Positions 61,190 to 64,000 of a stretch of 64,000 bases of DNA are shown here, in pieces. The notes beneath the pieces were generated by a model. That model saw nothing but the letters and a program-made list of their open reading frames with translations. It was not told the DNA's origin and did not search any database. The stretch covers positions 185,442,001 through 185,506,000 of the forward strand of contig JBITNC010000001.1 in the NCBI GenBank assembly GCA_050084985.1. The letters run 5' to 3'. This stretch comes from Nageia nagi. Its lineage: Eukaryota > Plantae > Pinophyta. Both the position numbers and the translations under genes were made by a program. The first letter of the stretch is position 1, and each line of letters begins with the position of its first letter.

Positions 61190-64000
61190 GAAGGTTTTTA
61201 GTGAGATTTAGGAAAATTAGAAACTTATCCTATTATCCATCAACTCAAAAATGTTTTTAGGAATCTCTTTCATTGTAATCTTCTTAATTCTCTTGATAAA
61301 TACTTGATCAAATAATCTTAGACTACTCTATCATAGACTAGATAGAAAGGAGAGCATTTAATTGATTCTTTGGGAGTGATTTGATCTTCCCAAAGAGAAA
61401 AAAATAGTTTATTATTTCAATTTATAGGATTTATACAAAGAATTTGAGCAATGATTCACCTCATATTTTTATTTAATGATTTAGTAAGATCATTTCCTTG
61501 AGGATAATAATTAGAAATTAGTTGAATTTGGAAATTATATTCTAGAGTGATTATGCATTTTAATACAATCAAAATATTTAACGTTATAAGCTATAATGTT
61601 TATTGGAATAGCAAATATGGAATAGATATTATTTTCAAGAAAAGTGATGATAATTGCAATCATGGCTCAAAAAGTAGGTGTGGATTCTACCCATTTAGTG
61701 AAGTAATCAGTAGCTATGAGGATAAACATATGACCTTTACTAGATAAGGGATTTATTGGCCCTATAAAATAAATACCCCACTTTGCAAATGATGCATCAA
61801 CTATAATTGGATTCAAAGGGCAATTTTGAATTTCTCTTTTCCAGTAAAATTTTGACATTCTAAACAACTATGGGCATATTCGTTGCAATCCTTAAACATA
61901 GTTCCTAATGGTATCCAACTCTAATTATTTTGTATGATGTTATGGTAGGAGAAAAATATCCACCATAAAATACATCATGAAATTTTGTGAGGATTTTAAG
62001 AGTCTAGTTATTTTCAACACATCTTAATAAAATACTATCAAAATGTTTATGAAAAAGAACATTATCACACAAACAATACTTCCCTAATTTAACTTTAAGA
62101 GCTCATTTCATGTTGAATGATAAGTGTTCTCATGTTTGTCCTATCTTTAAGTATTCTAAGATATCATTGGACCAATTTCTATCATCCATCATTATAATCA
62201 ATACTTGTGTCTGATGATCTTCTTCCAAAGTAGAAATATTTGTAATAAGCTCACATAATCCTTTTCTTATGACCAATTTGACTAACTTAAAAACTAAATC
62301 ATGTTCTTGAATTATGGCTATCCAATAACCTTTGATAACACCTAGTTCTTTTTTTTTCAAGATGGATTTTACAACTAAATTTGGTACAAAAAATGTGACC
62401 TATCATCTAGAAATATAAACTTTGAAATTCTTCACTACTTTGTCTATGGTGAATGCTTACTTTTCTAGAAAAGTGTAGTTTTCCTTTGCACTTTTTAGAG
62501 CATGACTCATGAAGGCAATTATATGTTCCTCATATTTGTCATTCATTTATGTTAATATTGAAGAAATAGTATGATTTTATGAATAATTGTACATCCTAAA
62601 AGGTTTAATAAAATTAGGTTATACCACAGTGGTTGCAGTTGTAAGACCCTCCTTAATGCTTTTAAAATCTAATTTTCCTTTGTTAGACCATTTAAATTCC
62701 ACATTTTGTTTTAGCATTTTACTTAATGGAAACATGATTTCTACAAAATCAATGATAAATCTTCATAAGAAATTAAAAATTCCAAATAAAGATTGTAAAT
62801 ATTTCCTACTTGTTGGCAAAGGAATTTTCTTGATAGCAATTACCCACTCTGGATCAATACAAGTTCCTTATTTAGTTATTATGTGTCCTAGGAGCTTCCC
62901 TTTAGTTAATCCAAAAATGGATTTCTTTGGATTTAATGATATCCCAAATTCTTTACATATCTCCAATACCTAAACAACATGTTTCACATGGTCTTCTCTA
63001 TATTTTGAAAATATTATCATATCATCTAGATATATTTTAATAATTTTATTTATCAAATTCTTGAAAATGAAATCCATTGCTCTCTAGAAAGTAGCACCTA
63101 CATTAGTTAACCTGAATGGTATCCTTTTATATGTGAATGTACCTAAAGGAGTAGTGAAAGCTATTATAAAATGATCTTCTTCTACAACCCAAATTTGATT
63201 ATAACCAAAATAACCATCCATTAAAGACAACATCTTCGAGCAATTGCATATTTGTAAAAGATGATCCATAAAAGGTAATTGGGTAATTATCTTTAATAGA
63301 TGCTAAGTTGAGATTTCAAAAGTTAATACATATTCTAATTTCTCTATTTTTCTTTGGACTAGAATTATATTGGCTACCTAAGAAGAATATCTAATTAGAT
63401 AAATAATATTTGATGTTAGCATTTTCTCAACTTCCTTTTTTATCATTCCTTCAATTTCTAGGTTGAAACAACATGGTTTTTTTTTGGAAAGGTTTAGAAT
63501 TATCTTTCAATTGTAATGATATGTTGGAATATGTCTTTTCTAAACCCTTTAAGATAGTAATAATTCTAGGAAAAACTTTCTTAAAGTTTTTGAAAATTTT
63601 GATTAGCTCTTCTCTTTTCTCTAGGGTGCATCTAGTACCAATTAGGACTTCTTTTGGTATTCCATTTGGATTCAAATTGAATGTCTCCATTGACTTTGAT
63701 ATCTCTTTAATCAAATTTTGATGACTGAAGTGATAATTTTAGATCATAGAGATTTTCTAATTTGATCATTCCTGGAGTTATTCTATTTGAATCTAACTAC
63801 ATGATTTTATTTGATTTCATAAAGCCTGATGAATATTCTTTGATGCATTACAAAAAGTGTAATAACTATTTATCAAAATGAAATACTTTCCAATGTTTAG
63901 TATTTTTTGGTACTGCTAGTCTAAAAAGTAACTCAATGTGATAATATCCCAATCCAAGAGAAGCATCTGGTTTATCATGGTGACTGATACTACTAAGGAA
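61190..64000 (-). pseudogene. Ty3/gypsy Tat-like pol relic (linker-RT-RH-IN), runs off the window
   Basis: LSLMDGYFGYNQI..FTTPLGTF..PFRLTNVGATF; IYLDD; LNPKKSIFG; WIAIIQEHDL; FAKWGIYFIGPINP..ATDYFTKWVES. Confidence 0.9.

Noticed and set aside
1-64000. Host protein-coding genes, tRNA or rRNA genes
   Set aside because: Every recognisable peptide is TE-derived or an unassigned relic; the only tRNA-related sequences are PBS motifs. A tiny exon within a giant intron cannot be excluded without transcript data.

Overview
AT-rich, strongly CpG/CHG-depleted plant nuclear DNA made almost entirely of nested transposable elements. A large-genome gymnosperm is my inference from the TE types and decay pattern. 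I found no credible host gene, RNA gene or CRISPR array. Layout: (1) 1-27.6 kb: decayed non-chromoviral Ty3/gypsy (Tat-like) elements with a long accessory ORF downstream of pol. One is interrupted by an old Ty1/copia (10078-22869). That copia contains a solo LTR (20519-21001) and a foreign segment replacing half of its 5' LTR; the foreign segment holds a young, almost intact Tork/Tnt1-like copia (12033-17118; 535-bp LTRs with 7 mismatches, TSD GTTAA, one frameshift). (2) A small GGG-TIR DNA transposon (25312-26505) and a non-coding LTR element with a doubled PPT (30065-32432). (3) A near full-length decayed pogo/Fot-like DDE_1 transposase (~32.7-35.9 kb) split by a non-autonomous CACTA (33840-34934). 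(4) Two tandem relics of an unknown GW-repeat-rich protein (40.4-43 kb). (5) A decayed L1 LINE (43.1-52.7 kb) split by a gag-protease-only gypsy element (44566-49487). (6) A cluster of four minisatellites ending in a Helitron-like 3' terminus (53.1-55.1 kb). (7) A second Tat-like element on the minus strand (56-64 kb) whose accessory ORF is homologous to the first. Best novelty candidates are the duplicated GW-repeat (possible Argonaute-hook) coding relic, the conserved Tat accessory ORF with a possible internal promoter, and the Fot-like pogo transposase. All alignments and identities were done by eye; no database searches were run.
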